From an uncultured delta proteobacterium (lineage in GTDB: Bacteria; Desulfobacterota; Binatia; Binatales; Binataceae), in NCBI GenBank assembly GCA_963724765.1, contig CAVRVY010000004.1, positions 192,001 through 256,000 on the forward strand: a stretch of DNA of 64,000 nt, read 5' to 3'. Position 1 is the first letter of the stretch. Each line of letters opens with the position of its first letter. Under the pieces are notes generated by a model. The model did no database searches. It was not told the origin of the DNA and saw only the letters and a program-made list of their open reading frames with translations. Position numbers and translations under genes: made by a program. Of this stretch, positions 46,730 to 57,064 are shown piece by piece.

Positions 46730-47530
46730 CTACGTCACAAAGCGCCCAAGAAAGCTGAGCTGCAGGCCGGTGACCGAGCCGCCGGCGGCGCGACGCGAAA
46801 AGTAGCGCTCGGACTCGCACTTGGTGCACGGCCCTACCTTCTGGATTCCCTCGCGCTCGAGACCCGCCGCGGCAAGTTGATCGGTGACGATCCCGCGGAG
46901 ATCGAGGTAAGCTTTGCCCGCGTGATCGCTCGGATGGACATGTGTGTGAGCGCGCTCGAAACGGCGCTCGAAGCGCCTGGCCAACTCGTCGTCGACCTCG
47001 TAGCAGCACGGGCCTATCGAGGGACCCAGCAGCGCGCGAATGGCGCTCGCGCGCGCCCCCTGCCGCACCATGGCGCGTACGCCCGCCCCGGATATCCCGG
47101 CCAGCGTCCCGCGCCATCCCGCGTGCAGGGCCGCAATCACGCCCCGCTCCGTGTCGGCCAGCAGTACCGGCACGCAGTCGGCGGTGAAGATGCAGAGCAC
47201 CACCCCGGGCATCGCAGTGACCAGCCCGTCGCCCTCGGGACGCGGGTCGGCGTCGGCGCGCGGACCTACGGTATAGATGGCCTTGCCATGGACCTGCTTG
47301 AGCTGGGCGAAGCGCACCCCGCGCGGCATCAACCGGCGCGCCCGCTGCCAGTTGACGTCGACCGAGCGCGAGTTGTCGCCGGCCCAGTACGAAAGATTGA
47401 GCGAAGCATAGGGGCCGCGGCTTAAGCCGGCCTCGCGGCCCAAAAAGCCATGACAAAGCGTGGGCTCGTCCCAGACCTGAAGAACCGGGGGAACCGGCGG
47501 AAGCGATGTAGCTCGGCGAAGCGCGCGCAC
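46730..47530 (-). CDS. pgeF: PgeF/YfiH purine-nucleoside phosphorylase-like protein
   Basis: SLNL, QVHG, TADCVP, HAGWRG, GPSIGPCCYEV, FSRR. Confidence 0.93.
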   Translation of the reverse strand: MRALRRATSLPPVPPVLQVWDEPTLCHGFLGREAGLSRGPYASLNLSYWAGDNSRSVDVNWQRARRLMPRGVRFAQLKQVHGKAIYTVGPRADADPRPEGDGLVTAMPGVVLCIFTADCVPVLLADTERGVIAALHAGWRGTLAGISGAGVRAMVRQGARASAIRALLGPSIGPCCYEVDDELARRFERRFERAHTHVHPSDHAGKAYLDLRGIVTDQLAAAGLEREGIQKVGPCTKCESERYFSRRAAGGSVTGLQLSFLGRFVT

Positions 47531-47598
47531 TCGGTTGTCCGGTACCGGAAGGTTAACCTATAATTCTGATCTTTGGAATTCGCGCGCGGGGTCGCCCT

Positions 47599-47820
47599 AT
47601 GAATGGCTACGAATATCTCCTCGAACGTAATCGCCTGATGTACAGGCTGGAAGACGACCTGGCGCGGTTGCGGGACCTGCCTGCGGCCGAGCGCCAGGAG
47701 AAAACCGCACGCCTGCAAGGCGCCTTCGACATCAGGCTGGCCGAGCTTTACGCCAAGGTCGCCAACGAATACCCGGGCGAGCGGCGCAAGAAAGCCCGCC
47801 CATTGGCAGACCCACGCTAA
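47599..47820 (+). CDS. Hypothetical 73-aa protein
   Basis: Genome-typical codon usage; TATAAT upstream. Confidence 0.6.
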   Translation: MNGYEYLLERNRLMYRLEDDLARLRDLPAAERQEKTARLQGAFDIRLAELYAKVANEYPGERRKKARPLADPR

Positions 47821-47881
47821 CCAACGGACCGGCAGCCGTCCGTCGGCGCCCACCTTCGTCCAGGAACCAGAGTAAAAAGCA

Positions 47882-50800
47882 TTGAGCGGCGTGGAGCGCA
47901 CCATCAGTATCCGCGGGGCGCGTACCCACAATCTCAAAGCCATCTCGCTCGACCTGCCGCACAAACAGCTTATCGTAGTGACCGGAGTCTCGGGGTCGGG
48001 CAAATCCAGCCTGGTCTTCGACACGCTCTACGCCGAGGGTCAGCGTCGCTACGTGCAGAGCCTCTCAACCTACGCCCGGATGTTCCTGGAGCGGATGGAC
48101 CGGCCGGACGTCGATTCGATTTCGGAAATTCCGCCCGCGCTCGCGCTGCGCCAGAAGAACACCATCAAGAATGCGCGCTCGACCGTCGGCACCGTCACCG
48201 AGATAAGCGACTACCTGCGCCTGTTGTTCGCGACGCTGGGGCGCACGACATGTCCGCGATGCGGCGGCGAGGTCACGCGCGACAGCGTCGAGAGCGCGGC
48301 GGCCCATGCGCTCAGCGGGACGGGGATGCATCTATTCCTGGCGCCTTTTGAGCCAGGCTCGCGCTCGACCGCGGCGGCCTGCGAGTTCCTCGCGCACAAC
48401 GGATACCATCGGCTGTTCGTCGACGGCGCGATTGTCGAGACCGCCGAGCTGCTGGGGCGCGCGGTGCAAAGCGTTGTGCAAGACGCCGGACCGGACGCGG
48501 CGCAAATCGTCACCGTCGGCACCGAGCTCGAAGCCGCACCTGACGGCGCGGCAGCCCGCTCGGCGGCGCTCGCCGAGCGCAACGGCGCCGCGCCCTTGAT
48601 GGTCGTCATCGACCGCGTCGCCAACGATTCCGCCGACGCGCCCGCCCGCGTGCGCGAGGCGCTCGAGAAAGCCTTCTACCTTGGTGGCGGACGCGCCCGC
48701 GTGGTCACCGTGGTGCGCGAGAATGGGCGCATGACGGCGATCGTCGACGCCGCCTTCGATCGCCGCTTCAACTGCTCGCGCTGCGGCACGCTTTTTCCGG
48801 AGCCCACGCCGGCGCTATTTTCCGCCAACAGCCCGATCGGCGCGTGCCCCGAGTGCGAAGGTTTCGGACGCACCGTCGAACTCGATCTGGAAAAAGTCAT
48901 GCCCGACCCCGGGCTCTCGCTGCGCCAGGGCCTTATCGCGCCATGGCGCACGCCGGCCTACCTGGAAATGAAGACCTGGATGCTCAAGTGCGCGCGGCGC
49001 GCGCGAGTGCGCACCGCAGTGCCGTTTCGCGAGATGACCGAGACCGAGCGGGTGTGGCTGCTCGAGGGCGAGCCCCGCGCCGAGGCGCGAAACGGCGCGA
49101 ACGATGGCGAGCGCGGCGACGATTGGGACCGATGGCCGGGGGTGCGCGGATTTTTCCGCTGGATGGAGAAGCGGCGCTACAAGACCCACGTCCGGATCCT
49201 GCTCGCACGCTACCGCCGCTTCGTCCCCTGCCCCACCTGCGGCGGCGCCAAGCTCAAACCCGAAGCGCTCAACGTGCGGGTCGAAGGAATCACTATCGCG
49301 GAGGTTGGGCGGCTCGCGGTGCGCGAGCTCAAGGTCTGGCTGGAACAACTCGGACGCCAGCCGCGCGCGGCCGAGCGCGCCGGCGTCGTGCTGCGCGAGC
49401 TTAAAAGCCGCGTCGGCTATCTCGCCGAAGTCGGGCTCGGCTACCTGACGGTGGAGCGCCAGGCGCGCACGCTCTCGGGCGGCGAAGCGCAGCGCATCCA
49501 TCTCGCGAGCGCGCTCGGCAGCCTGCTGACCTCCACGATGTACGCCCTCGACGAGCCCACTGTCGGACTGCACGCCGGTGACGTGCGCCGCCTGCTCGGC
49601 GTGCTACGCCATCTACGCGACCTCGGCAACACCGTGGTGGTGGTGGAGCACGACCCGATCATGATCGCGGGCGCGGATTTCACCGTCGAGCTCGGGCCCG
49701 GCGGCGGGCGCGAGGGCGGCAGCCTGATTCGCGCCGGCGCGCCGGTGCGCGCCCGTGGTGCGAAAGGCGTCAAGCGCGCCAACGGCGCCAGGAACGAGAA
49801 CGCGGGGACACCGGGACGGGTGATGCTGATGCGCACGCTCTCGCGCGAGCGGCGCTTCACCAGGCGCGACCCGGCGCTGCGTATCGTGGGCGCGCGCGAG
49901 CACAACCTCAAGGGCCTCGACGTGCGGATTCCGCTCGGCCGGATGGTTTGCGTCACCGGGGTATCGGGGTCGGGCAAATCGACGCTGGTCGAGGACGTGC
50001 TCTACAACAATTATCTGCGCCGGCGCGGCGAGCCGGTGAGCGAAGTCGGCGCCTGCGATCGGATCGAGGGCCTGGAGCTGGTGGGCGAGATGGTCCACAT
50101 GGGCCAGGAGCTGCCGGCGCGCTCGCTGCGCTCCAATCCCGCGACCTATCTGAAAATCTACGACGACATCCGCCGGCTCTTCGCGCAGAGCAACGAGGCG
50201 CGCCGCCTCGGCATCCAGCCCCGCCACTTCTCTTTCAACGTTGACGGCGGACGCTGCGAGAAATGCCACGGCACCGGCACCGTGACGATCGAGATGCACT
50301 TCATGGCCGACCTCGAAGTGCAATGCGACGCGTGCGACGGCCGCCGCTTCCAGAGCCACATCCTGGCCATCCGTTACCAGGGCCGCAACGTCAACGAGGT
50401 GCTCGCGCTGACGGTCGACGAAGCGCGCGGCTTCTTCGCCAAATCGCCGGCGGTCACGCGCCGGCTCGAGGCGCTGAGCGCGGTCGGCCTGGGCTACCTG
50501 TGCCTGGGGCAGGCGACTTCGACGCTCTCCGGCGGCGAGGCGCAGCGCCTCAAGCTCGCGCGCTTTCTGCTCACTGACCTGGAACCGCTGCCGGCGGGTG
50601 AGGACGGCAAACCGCTGGGGCGGGTTTTTCTGCTCGATGAACCGACCACCGGGTTGAGCTCCGCGGATATCCGCCAACTGCTGCGCGTGCTCGGGCGGCT
50701 GGTGACTGAGGGCAACACGTTGGTAGTAATCGAGCACCATCTGGAGTTCATCGCGCACGCGGATTACGTAATCGACCTCGGGCCGGGCGGCGGCGACGAC

Positions 50801-50953
50801 GGCGGGCGCGTGGTGGCCGCGGGTCCGCCGCTGAAGGTCGCGGCGGCGGCGCGTTCGCTGACCGGGCGCGAGCTGCGCGGGCTGTTCGGATTGCCGGCCA
50901 GCGCGCCGCGCGCCGCGGCGCGTTCGGCCAAGCTGCGTGCGAGCGCCGGATGA
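47882..50953 (+). CDS. uvrA: Excinuclease ABC subunit A (divergent, possibly second UvrA)
   Basis: Two GVSGSGKS Walker A motifs, two LSGGEAQR, DEPT, CxxC Zn fingers. Confidence 0.93.
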   Translation: MSGVERTISIRGARTHNLKAISLDLPHKQLIVVTGVSGSGKSSLVFDTLYAEGQRRYVQSLSTYARMFLERMDRPDVDSISEIPPALALRQKNTIKNARSTVGTVTEISDYLRLLFATLGRTTCPRCGGEVTRDSVESAAAHALSGTGMHLFLAPFEPGSRSTAAACEFLAHNGYHRLFVDGAIVETAELLGRAVQSVVQDAGPDAAQIVTVGTELEAAPDGAAARSAALAERNGAAPLMVVIDRVANDSADAPARVREALEKAFYLGGGRARVVTVVRENGRMTAIVDAAFDRRFNCSRCGTLFPEPTPALFSANSPIGACPECEGFGRTVELDLEKVMPDPGLSLRQGLIAPWRTPAYLEMKTWMLKCARRARVRTAVPFREMTETERVWLLEGEPRAEARNGANDGERGDDWDRWPGVRGFFRWMEKRRYKTHVRILLARYRRFVPCPTCGGAKLKPEALNVRVEGITIAEVGRLAVRELKVWLEQLGRQPRAAERAGVVLRELKSRVGYLAEVGLGYLTVERQARTLSGGEAQRIHLASALGSLLTSTMYALDEPTVGLHAGDVRRLLGVLRHLRDLGNTVVVVEHDPIMIAGADFTVELGPGGGREGGSLIRAGAPVRARGAKGVKRANGARNENAGTPGRVMLMRTLSRERRFTRRDPALRIVGAREHNLKGLDVRIPLGRMVCVTGVSGSGKSTLVEDVLYNNYLRRRGEPVSEVGACDRIEGLELVGEMVHMGQELPARSLRSNPATYLKIYDDIRRLFAQSNEARRLGIQPRHFSFNVDGGRCEKCHGTGTVTIEMHFMADLEVQCDACDGRRFQSHILAIRYQGRNVNEVLALTVDEARGFFAKSPAVTRRLEALSAVGLGYLCLGQATSTLSGGEAQRLKLARFLLTDLEPLPAGEDGKPLGRVFLLDEPTTGLSSADIRQLLRVLGRLVTEGNTLVVIEHHLEFIAHADYVIDLGPGGGDDGGRVVAAGPPLKVAAAARSLTGRELRGLFGLPASAPRAAARSAKLRASAG

Positions 50954-51159
50954 CGGGTCGATTACGGGGGTGGTGTCGCGGTGCGACGCGGATCGGTTTC
51001 GTCGACATCGTGGTCATCGCGATCGTGATGGCAATCCTGCTCTTCGCCTCGTGGAAGCAGTTTTCCGACTACAACCGCCCGTTCACGCCGCGCGCGATTC
51101 TCACTCCAGCGCCTCGACTGCCAGCGCCCGGAAGCATCCGCACTCCGGCTCCGCGGTAG
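50950..51159 (+). CDS. Small single-TM hypothetical protein
   Basis: GFVDIVVIAIVMAILLFA hydrophobic helix; start overlaps the uvrA stop. Confidence 0.5.
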   Translation: MTGRLRGWCRGATRIGFVDIVVIAIVMAILLFASWKQFSDYNRPFTPRAILTPAPRLPAPGSIRTPAPR

Positions 51160-51272
51160 TGGATCATTTTGAAATTTTCCGCATCGCAAGGCCAAACGCG
51201 CTCTGGTAAAATCCGTGTCATCTCGTACCGGCGGGGGCGAAAGGCCCGCTGGACATAGCCTGGGAGTGGATC

Positions 51273-51845
51273 ATGAATCCTGAACCACCTTCCGCCAAGC
51301 GACTCAAAGACTTCTTTCTCGCGATGACGCGCACCAGCTTCGGCCAGCTCGGATTGGCTGATCAGCAGGTGGTCGACTACGTCGCGTCGGTGTTGACCGA
51401 CTTCAGCGCCGCTGGAAATTGGCTCGCGCTGCGCGACGCGGAGGGCCGCCGGCTGACCAGCGTGGTCGAGATGCTGGCTTCACAGATGGGCGCGCCGCAG
51501 ACGCGCGGGCGCGTGCTCGGCGAGCGCGAGTTGCGCAAGTACGTCGGCGACTACACGCTGTTCATGTCGGGTCTGTTCCGCACCTTCGTCGAGCGCGGCG
51601 GTTACCTCGACTATTATCTCGAAGAGGGCAAGCGTTCCTACCAAACCGTCTCGGAGCTCGACGTTGCGCTGTATCGGCCGGGCTTTTTGATGTTCGAAGA
51701 GCTGAGCCGCAGCTTCGAGAATTATTCGGGCGCGCTCGACTACATGCGCAAATGCTTCTTCAAGCCCGCGCCCAACCAGGACCCGTTCGCGGGCTTCGCG
51801 GAAAAAATCGACGGCTGGGTTCGGCTGCGCCTCACCCCAAATTGA
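51273..51845 (+). CDS. Conserved-looking hypothetical protein
   Basis: 190 aa, typical codon usage, GGGAG RBS, motif YVGDYTLFMSGLF. Confidence 0.75.
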   Translation: MNPEPPSAKRLKDFFLAMTRTSFGQLGLADQQVVDYVASVLTDFSAAGNWLALRDAEGRRLTSVVEMLASQMGAPQTRGRVLGERELRKYVGDYTLFMSGLFRTFVERGGYLDYYLEEGKRSYQTVSELDVALYRPGFLMFEELSRSFENYSGALDYMRKCFFKPAPNQDPFAGFAEKIDGWVRLRLTPN

Positions 51846-51858
51846 TGCCTACCAACTG

Positions 51859-52761
51859 ATGCCGCCCGACGCGCGCGAGCGCCTCGACCATTACCTGGTG
51901 CGCCTTGGATGGGCGCGCTCGCGGCGCGCCGCACGTGAGATGCTCGCCGGCGGCCTGGTTCGCGTCAACGGCCGCATGCTGCGCAAGGGTGAGCTGGTCG
52001 GCGGCGGCGATGCCGTCGAAATCGGCGAAGTCTCGACGCTACCCGCGCTCGCGCCTGACCCTGAAGTAAAAATCGAAGTGCTCTTCCGTGACCCCGCGAT
52101 CCTGGTGGTCAACAAGCGCGCGCCGATGGCGTGTCATCCGCTGCGTCCGGGCGAGCGCGGCACCCTGATGAACGGCGTCGTCGCCGAGTTTCCCGAGGCG
52201 GCCACGGCAGGTGACAATCCGCGCGAGGGCGGCCTGGTCCACCGTCTCGACAACGGCACCTCGGGCGCCCTGCTCGTGGCGCTTCAGCCGGCCGCCTTCG
52301 TCGCTTTGCGCGAGGCGATTCGCACTGGCCGCATACGCCGGAACTACCAGGCGTTAGTCGCAGGCAATCTTAGAGAATCACTTCAGATTGAAAAATCGAT
52401 CGCCCACGACCCGCGCAATCCGCGCCGGATGATCGCTGTTGCCGCCAGTATCGCGAATGCGCGCACCGCTGCGACCGCGATCGAGCCGATACGGCGCTTT
52501 GGCGATTTCACTTTAGTCGCGGCCAGACCGCGCACCGGGATGCGCCATCAGATTCGCGTGCATCTGGCGCACGCAGGCCATCCGATTGCCGGCGACGCGC
52601 TCTATGGCGGCCCGCCGCTCGACGCGCTCACCGAGGGCCGCTTCTGGCTGCATCTGGCGGAGATCGAATTTCGCTCGCCGCTCACCGGCCCGGTGCGAGC
52701 ACGGTCGCCGCTGCCGCGCGACCTCGAAAACGCGATCAGGGAGGCAAGCCGCCGCGGATAA
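51859..52761 (+). CDS. RluA/RluD-family pseudouridine synthase with S4 domain
   Basis: RLDHYL S4 domain, VVNK, HRLDNGTSG, TGMRHQIRVHL, GHPIAGD..YG. Confidence 0.92.
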   Translation: MPPDARERLDHYLVRLGWARSRRAAREMLAGGLVRVNGRMLRKGELVGGGDAVEIGEVSTLPALAPDPEVKIEVLFRDPAILVVNKRAPMACHPLRPGERGTLMNGVVAEFPEAATAGDNPREGGLVHRLDNGTSGALLVALQPAAFVALREAIRTGRIRRNYQALVAGNLRESLQIEKSIAHDPRNPRRMIAVAASIANARTAATAIEPIRRFGDFTLVAARPRTGMRHQIRVHLAHAGHPIAGDALYGGPPLDALTEGRFWLHLAEIEFRSPLTGPVRARSPLPRDLENAIREASRRG

Positions 52762-52805
52762 GCCTCGAGTATTTTCGGACCCAGACTAATTTGTCGACGT
52801 AAACT

Positions 52806-53213
52806 TTATTTGTCGACGTAAACCTGGCGATGCGCGAACTGCCAGTTGCCGTCAACCTTGCGCAGTTCGTCGCGATACCCGCCCACCGCGGCCAACTCGG
52901 TCTTGCCGCCCTTGATGTGGAAATAGATCAGGTTGCAGGTGCCGTGAGCGTGATCGCCGTGGACGTCGAAGCTGACGTTCACCATCATGTGGCGGACCTG
53001 TGCGCCCGCCCATGATTCCTTGTACGAAGCGCAGAACTTGCGCAGCGCCGTGTGGCCGGCGTGCTTGCCGAAGGACGAATTTTCGAAAACGCCGTCCTCG
53101 GTGAAGCAATTGACCCACTCCTCGAACTTGCTCGAATCGATGTAGAGCGCGTAGCGCGCATAGAGCTCGCGAATCTGTTCGCGATCTTCGCTGTTTCCCG
53201 TAATCGCCGGCAT
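52806..53213 (-). CDS. SnoaL-like/NTF2 family protein
   Basis: IRELYARYA..D, CFTEDG, RH, GGYRDEL...WQF. Confidence 0.88.
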   Translation of the reverse strand: MPAITGNSEDREQIRELYARYALYIDSSKFEEWVNCFTEDGVFENSSFGKHAGHTALRKFCASYKESWAGAQVRHMMVNVSFDVHGDHAHGTCNLIYFHIKGGKTELAAVGGYRDELRKVDGNWQFAHRQVYVDK

Positions 53214-53255
53214 AAGCTTTACCTCCTGCGCGCCCGCGCGGCGCGTCGCGTTGCC

Positions 53256-54467
53256 TCAGATTACACCCGACTCCTTGAGCCTCGCCACGTCCTCCCAGCT
53301 ATAACCCAGCATCTCGGTAAGCACCGCCTCAGTGTGCTCGCCCAACTCCGGCGCGTGGCCGCGCGGGTTGGCCGGCGTCTCGCTGAGCTTGACCGGAAAA
53401 CCGACCAGCTTCATCGCGCCCAGCCCGGGATGCTCGTAATTCACGACATAGTCATTGGCCAGCACCTGCGAATCGTCCGGCAGATCGGAGACGCGGTTGA
53501 CGACCGTATAGATGAAGTCGCCGCCGGCCTTCAGCAATCTCATCCATTCCTCGCGCGGCCTGGTGATGAAAACCTCGTCGAAGATCGCGACCAGCGCCTT
53601 GCAATTCTTGCCGCGCACGTTGATGTCCTTGAAGCGCGGATCGTCGATAAGCTCGGGCCGGCCGAGCGTGTTGCACAGGTCCTTCCAGTAGCGGTCCGCC
53701 TGCAACATCCCGAGCGTCAGCCATTTGCCGTCGGCGCATCGGTAATGATTCCACAGCGGGTTGAAAGCGTTCTCCCGCGTGTTGCGGCGAAACTCGGAGC
53801 CCATGATGTTGCGGCAGGCGAGGTTCAAGCCCTGCAGCGCGATCATCGAGCCCAGGTGCGAAGCGTTGACCTCCTGCCCGACGCCGTAGCGCTCGCGCGC
53901 GAGCAGCGCCGTGATCACGCCGTACGACAGCATGATCGCGCCCATCTGGTCGGCTATGCCGCCGAACAGGTAGACCGGATCGTCGTTGTCGGTTCCCCCG
54001 ATATGCATCACGCCCGAACGCGCTTGGGCCAGGTAGTCGAACGAGGGCTCGCCGCTGTCGGGTCCCTCCGGGCCATAGCCAGACGCGGTCGCGTAGATGA
54101 GCCTGGGGTTGATCTCGCGCAGCGTCTGGTAGTCCAGCCCCAGGCGCTGGGCCACGCCCTTGCGGTAGTTCTGCACGAAGACGTCGCTCTTGGCGACGAG
54201 CTGGTAGACAATCTCGCGCGCCTCGGATTTCTTCATGTCGAGTGTGATGCTTTTTTTGTGGCGGTTATTGGACTCGAAATAGAAGTTCTTGCCGTTGCGC
54301 GCGGTGGTGGCGCCCGAGACCGCGAAGATCGCGCGCCCCGGATCGCCGTCTAGCGTCTCGAGCTTGATTACCTCGGCGCCCAGGTCGGCCAGCAACGCGG
54401 TTGCAAACGGCCCCTGCTGCCAAATCGTCCAGTCGATGACCCTTATTCCGTCAAGCGGCGTCTTCAT
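53256..54467 (-). CDS. Class III CoA-transferase (CaiB/BaiF)
   Basis: PLDGIRVID, ADLGAEVIKLE, NRHKKS, SGYG, APELGEHT. Confidence 0.94.
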   Translation of the reverse strand: MKTPLDGIRVIDWTIWQQGPFATALLADLGAEVIKLETLDGDPGRAIFAVSGATTARNGKNFYFESNNRHKKSITLDMKKSEAREIVYQLVAKSDVFVQNYRKGVAQRLGLDYQTLREINPRLIYATASGYGPEGPDSGEPSFDYLAQARSGVMHIGGTDNDDPVYLFGGIADQMGAIMLSYGVITALLARERYGVGQEVNASHLGSMIALQGLNLACRNIMGSEFRRNTRENAFNPLWNHYRCADGKWLTLGMLQADRYWKDLCNTLGRPELIDDPRFKDINVRGKNCKALVAIFDEVFITRPREEWMRLLKAGGDFIYTVVNRVSDLPDDSQVLANDYVVNYEHPGLGAMKLVGFPVKLSETPANPRGHAPELGEHTEAVLTEMLGYSWEDVARLKESGVI

Positions 54468-54642
54468 ATTTTCCCTATACCACAAGACGGGCCGCGACGG
54501 ATCGCCGCGCCAAACCTCAATTTGAGCGCCTGTCCACAACACCGGCCGGCCTACGGCGGTTATTGGCGGCTCAAATTGACGGATTAATTGACTTGCCGGC
54601 GCTTGAGTTACCGCGCGTGAGCCTTCATCAATAGAAACGGGA

Positions 54643-55383
54643 ATGATGCTGCATTACCTGCTCAATTTTCTTTATCCGCCGCGATGCGCGGTGTGCGAGG
54701 CCGCCCTGCCGATCGACACCACGCATCGCGTATGCGCCCCGTGCCTTGGCGCGGTTGAGCCGATGCGCCCGCCGCTCTGCCTGGTGTGCGGAGCGCCGCT
54801 TGACGCCGCTGACGAGGACGAGCGTTGCGGTCACTGCCGCGCCGATCCGCCGGCATTCGACTCGGCCCGCGCAGTCACGCGCTACCGCTCCGGCGCTGAC
54901 AGTTCCAGGATGGACGGCTCGAGCACGGTCGCGGCGCTGTTGCGCCGGCACAAGTACGGCCTCGACCAGTCGCTGGGCCGCGCGCTGGCCGAGTATCTCG
55001 ACGCCGCGCCGGCGATGGACTCCGGCGCCTACGACGTCGTCATCCCCGTCCCGCTCCATCGCACGCGTCTTCGATGGCGCGGCTTTAACCAGGCCGCGCT
55101 GCTGGGCGCCGCGCTCGCGCGGCGGCTCAATTGCTCGCTCGACGTCGCCACGCTGGCGCGCGTGCGCTCTACCGCGTCGCAGACCGAGCGCGACCGCGCC
55201 CAGCGCGCACGTAACGTTCGCAACGCTTTTTCAGTGCGCCGTCCCTCCCGCGTCGCCGGCCGCCGCATCCTGCTGGTCGACGACGTTATGACTACCGGTG
55301 CGACCGCCGACGAATGTGCGCGCGTTCTGCGCGCCGCGGGCGCGCGACGAATCGACGTCCTGACCCTGGCTCGCGTGTTATGA
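54643..55383 (+). CDS. comF: ComF family competence protein
   Basis: Double Zn ribbon, PVPLH, RGFNQA, LVDDVMTTGAT. Confidence 0.93.
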   Translation: MMLHYLLNFLYPPRCAVCEAALPIDTTHRVCAPCLGAVEPMRPPLCLVCGAPLDAADEDERCGHCRADPPAFDSARAVTRYRSGADSSRMDGSSTVAALLRRHKYGLDQSLGRALAEYLDAAPAMDSGAYDVVIPVPLHRTRLRWRGFNQAALLGAALARRLNCSLDVATLARVRSTASQTERDRAQRARNVRNAFSVRRPSRVAGRRILLVDDVMTTGATADECARVLRAAGARRIDVLTLARVL

Positions 55384-55973
55384 GCGACGCGAACCTGCGC
55401 GAAGCGGAAAAGCGCCGCGACTGGGAAACCCGCCAACGCGCCAGCGCCGGGCCCCGCGCCCCGGAGCCGTCGGTGGTCGAAATGCTCGAGCTGTTGCCGC
55501 GCGGCCTCGCGTTCGACGTCGCTGCCGGGACCGGCCGCCACAGCCTGCTGCTCGCGCGTGCGGGCTTCAAAGTCATCGCGATCGACTACTCCGAAACGGC
55601 GCTCCGCACGCTGCAATCGATCGCGCGCGCCGAGCAGCTCTCCGTATGGCCGCTCGTGGCCGACCTCTCGGTTCTTCCCCTGCCGCGCGGCCGCTTTGAC
55701 GCGATACTCAACGTCAACTTTCTCGACCGCGCACTGGTGCCGCGCCTTATCGACGCGCTGCGGCCCGGCGGCGCACTGCTCTGCGACACCTTTCTGATCG
55801 ATCAGGCGGCGAGCGGCCATCCGCGCAATCCCGACTTCATGCTGCAACACTACGAGCTGCGCGAAATGCTCAGTGAGATGAATCTCGTGCGCTACCGCGA
55901 GGGCCTCGTCGTCTACCCCGACAGCAAAAGCGCCTGGCGTGCGTCGGCGCTGGCCATCCGCAAGGGCGCCTGA
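55380..55973 (+). CDS. Class I SAM-dependent methyltransferase (TehB-like)
   Basis: DVAAGTGRHS, IDYS, NFLDR, LRPGG. Confidence 0.85.
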   Translation: MSDANLREAEKRRDWETRQRASAGPRAPEPSVVEMLELLPRGLAFDVAAGTGRHSLLLARAGFKVIAIDYSETALRTLQSIARAEQLSVWPLVADLSVLPLPRGRFDAILNVNFLDRALVPRLIDALRPGGALLCDTFLIDQAASGHPRNPDFMLQHYELREMLSEMNLVRYREGLVVYPDSKSAWRASALAIRKGA

Positions 55974-55976
55974 GCG

Positions 55977-57026
55977 ATGGTGGCGCGCGGGCTCAGCTAC
56001 AAAGCGGCCGGGGTCGATATCGATCTCAAGGAACGGCTGGTGCCGATGCTGCGGCGGCTCGCGCGGCCGACGCTGGGCCCGCACGTGATTGGCGGGATCG
56101 GCGGCTTCGGCGCGATGATCGCGCTCGACGGCGCGCGCGCGATGCGCTCGCCGGTGCTGGTGGCGGGAACCGACGGCGTCGGGACCAAGCTCAAGATTGC
56201 GTTTATGACCGGTCGCCACGACACGGTCGGTATCGATTGCGTCGCGATGTGCGTCAACGACATCGTGTGCCACGCCGCGCGTCCGCTGTTCTTCCTCGAC
56301 TACATTGCGACCGGCAAGCTCAAGAGCGACGTCGCGCTGGCGCTGGTAAAAAGCGTCGCGCGCGGGTGCAAACTCGCGGGGATGAGTCTGGTCGGCGGCG
56401 AAACGGCGCAGATGCCCGGTTTCTACCGGCCCGGCGAGTATGACATCGCCGGCTTCGCGGTCGGACTCGCCGAGCGCGCCGCGATTCCGCGCCCCGAGCG
56501 CATCCGGCCGGGCGACGTGCTGGTTGGTCTCGCTTCCAACGGACTTCATTCCAACGGCTTCTCGCTGGTCCGCCGCGTACTGCTCGAGCGCGCGCGGCTG
56601 AAACTCAATTCACGCGTCGCAGAGCTGGGCTGCACGCTCGCCGACGAACTCCTGCGTCCGACGAAAATCTACGCCAGGGTTGCGACCTCATTGTTCGAGC
56701 GCTTTCCGCTTCGCGGCCTCGCCAATATCACCGGCGGCGGCATAGTCGAGAACCTGCCGCGCGTGTTGCCAAAAGGGATCGAGGCGGTCGTGCGTCGCGG
56801 GAGCTGGCCGGCGCCGCCGATTTTCGATCTCATCGCGCGGCTGGGCCGAATCAGGCCGGCCGAGATGGATCGCACCTTCAACAACGGCCTCGGAATGATC
56901 GCCGTAGTGCCGCCCGGTGACGCCGATGCCGTCCTCGCTCATTTGCGCCGCCTGCGCACGCGGGCCTATCTTGTCGGCGACGTTAGACGGGTCGGCCGCG
57001 GCAAGCGCGGAGTCGTGCTGCTCTAA
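55977..57026 (+). CDS. purM: Phosphoribosylformylglycinamidine cyclo-ligase
   Basis: YKAAGVDI, TDGVGTK, GGETAQMPG, GLHSNGFS, TFNNGLG. Confidence 0.97.
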   Translation: MVARGLSYKAAGVDIDLKERLVPMLRRLARPTLGPHVIGGIGGFGAMIALDGARAMRSPVLVAGTDGVGTKLKIAFMTGRHDTVGIDCVAMCVNDIVCHAARPLFFLDYIATGKLKSDVALALVKSVARGCKLAGMSLVGGETAQMPGFYRPGEYDIAGFAVGLAERAAIPRPERIRPGDVLVGLASNGLHSNGFSLVRRVLLERARLKLNSRVAELGCTLADELLRPTKIYARVATSLFERFPLRGLANITGGGIVENLPRVLPKGIEAVVRRGSWPAPPIFDLIARLGRIRPAEMDRTFNNGLGMIAVVPPGDADAVLAHLRRLRTRAYLVGDVRRVGRGKRGVVLL

Positions 57027-57064
57027 ACAGCCGCACAGGCTGAGCGGCAAAAGGAAACTACGCG

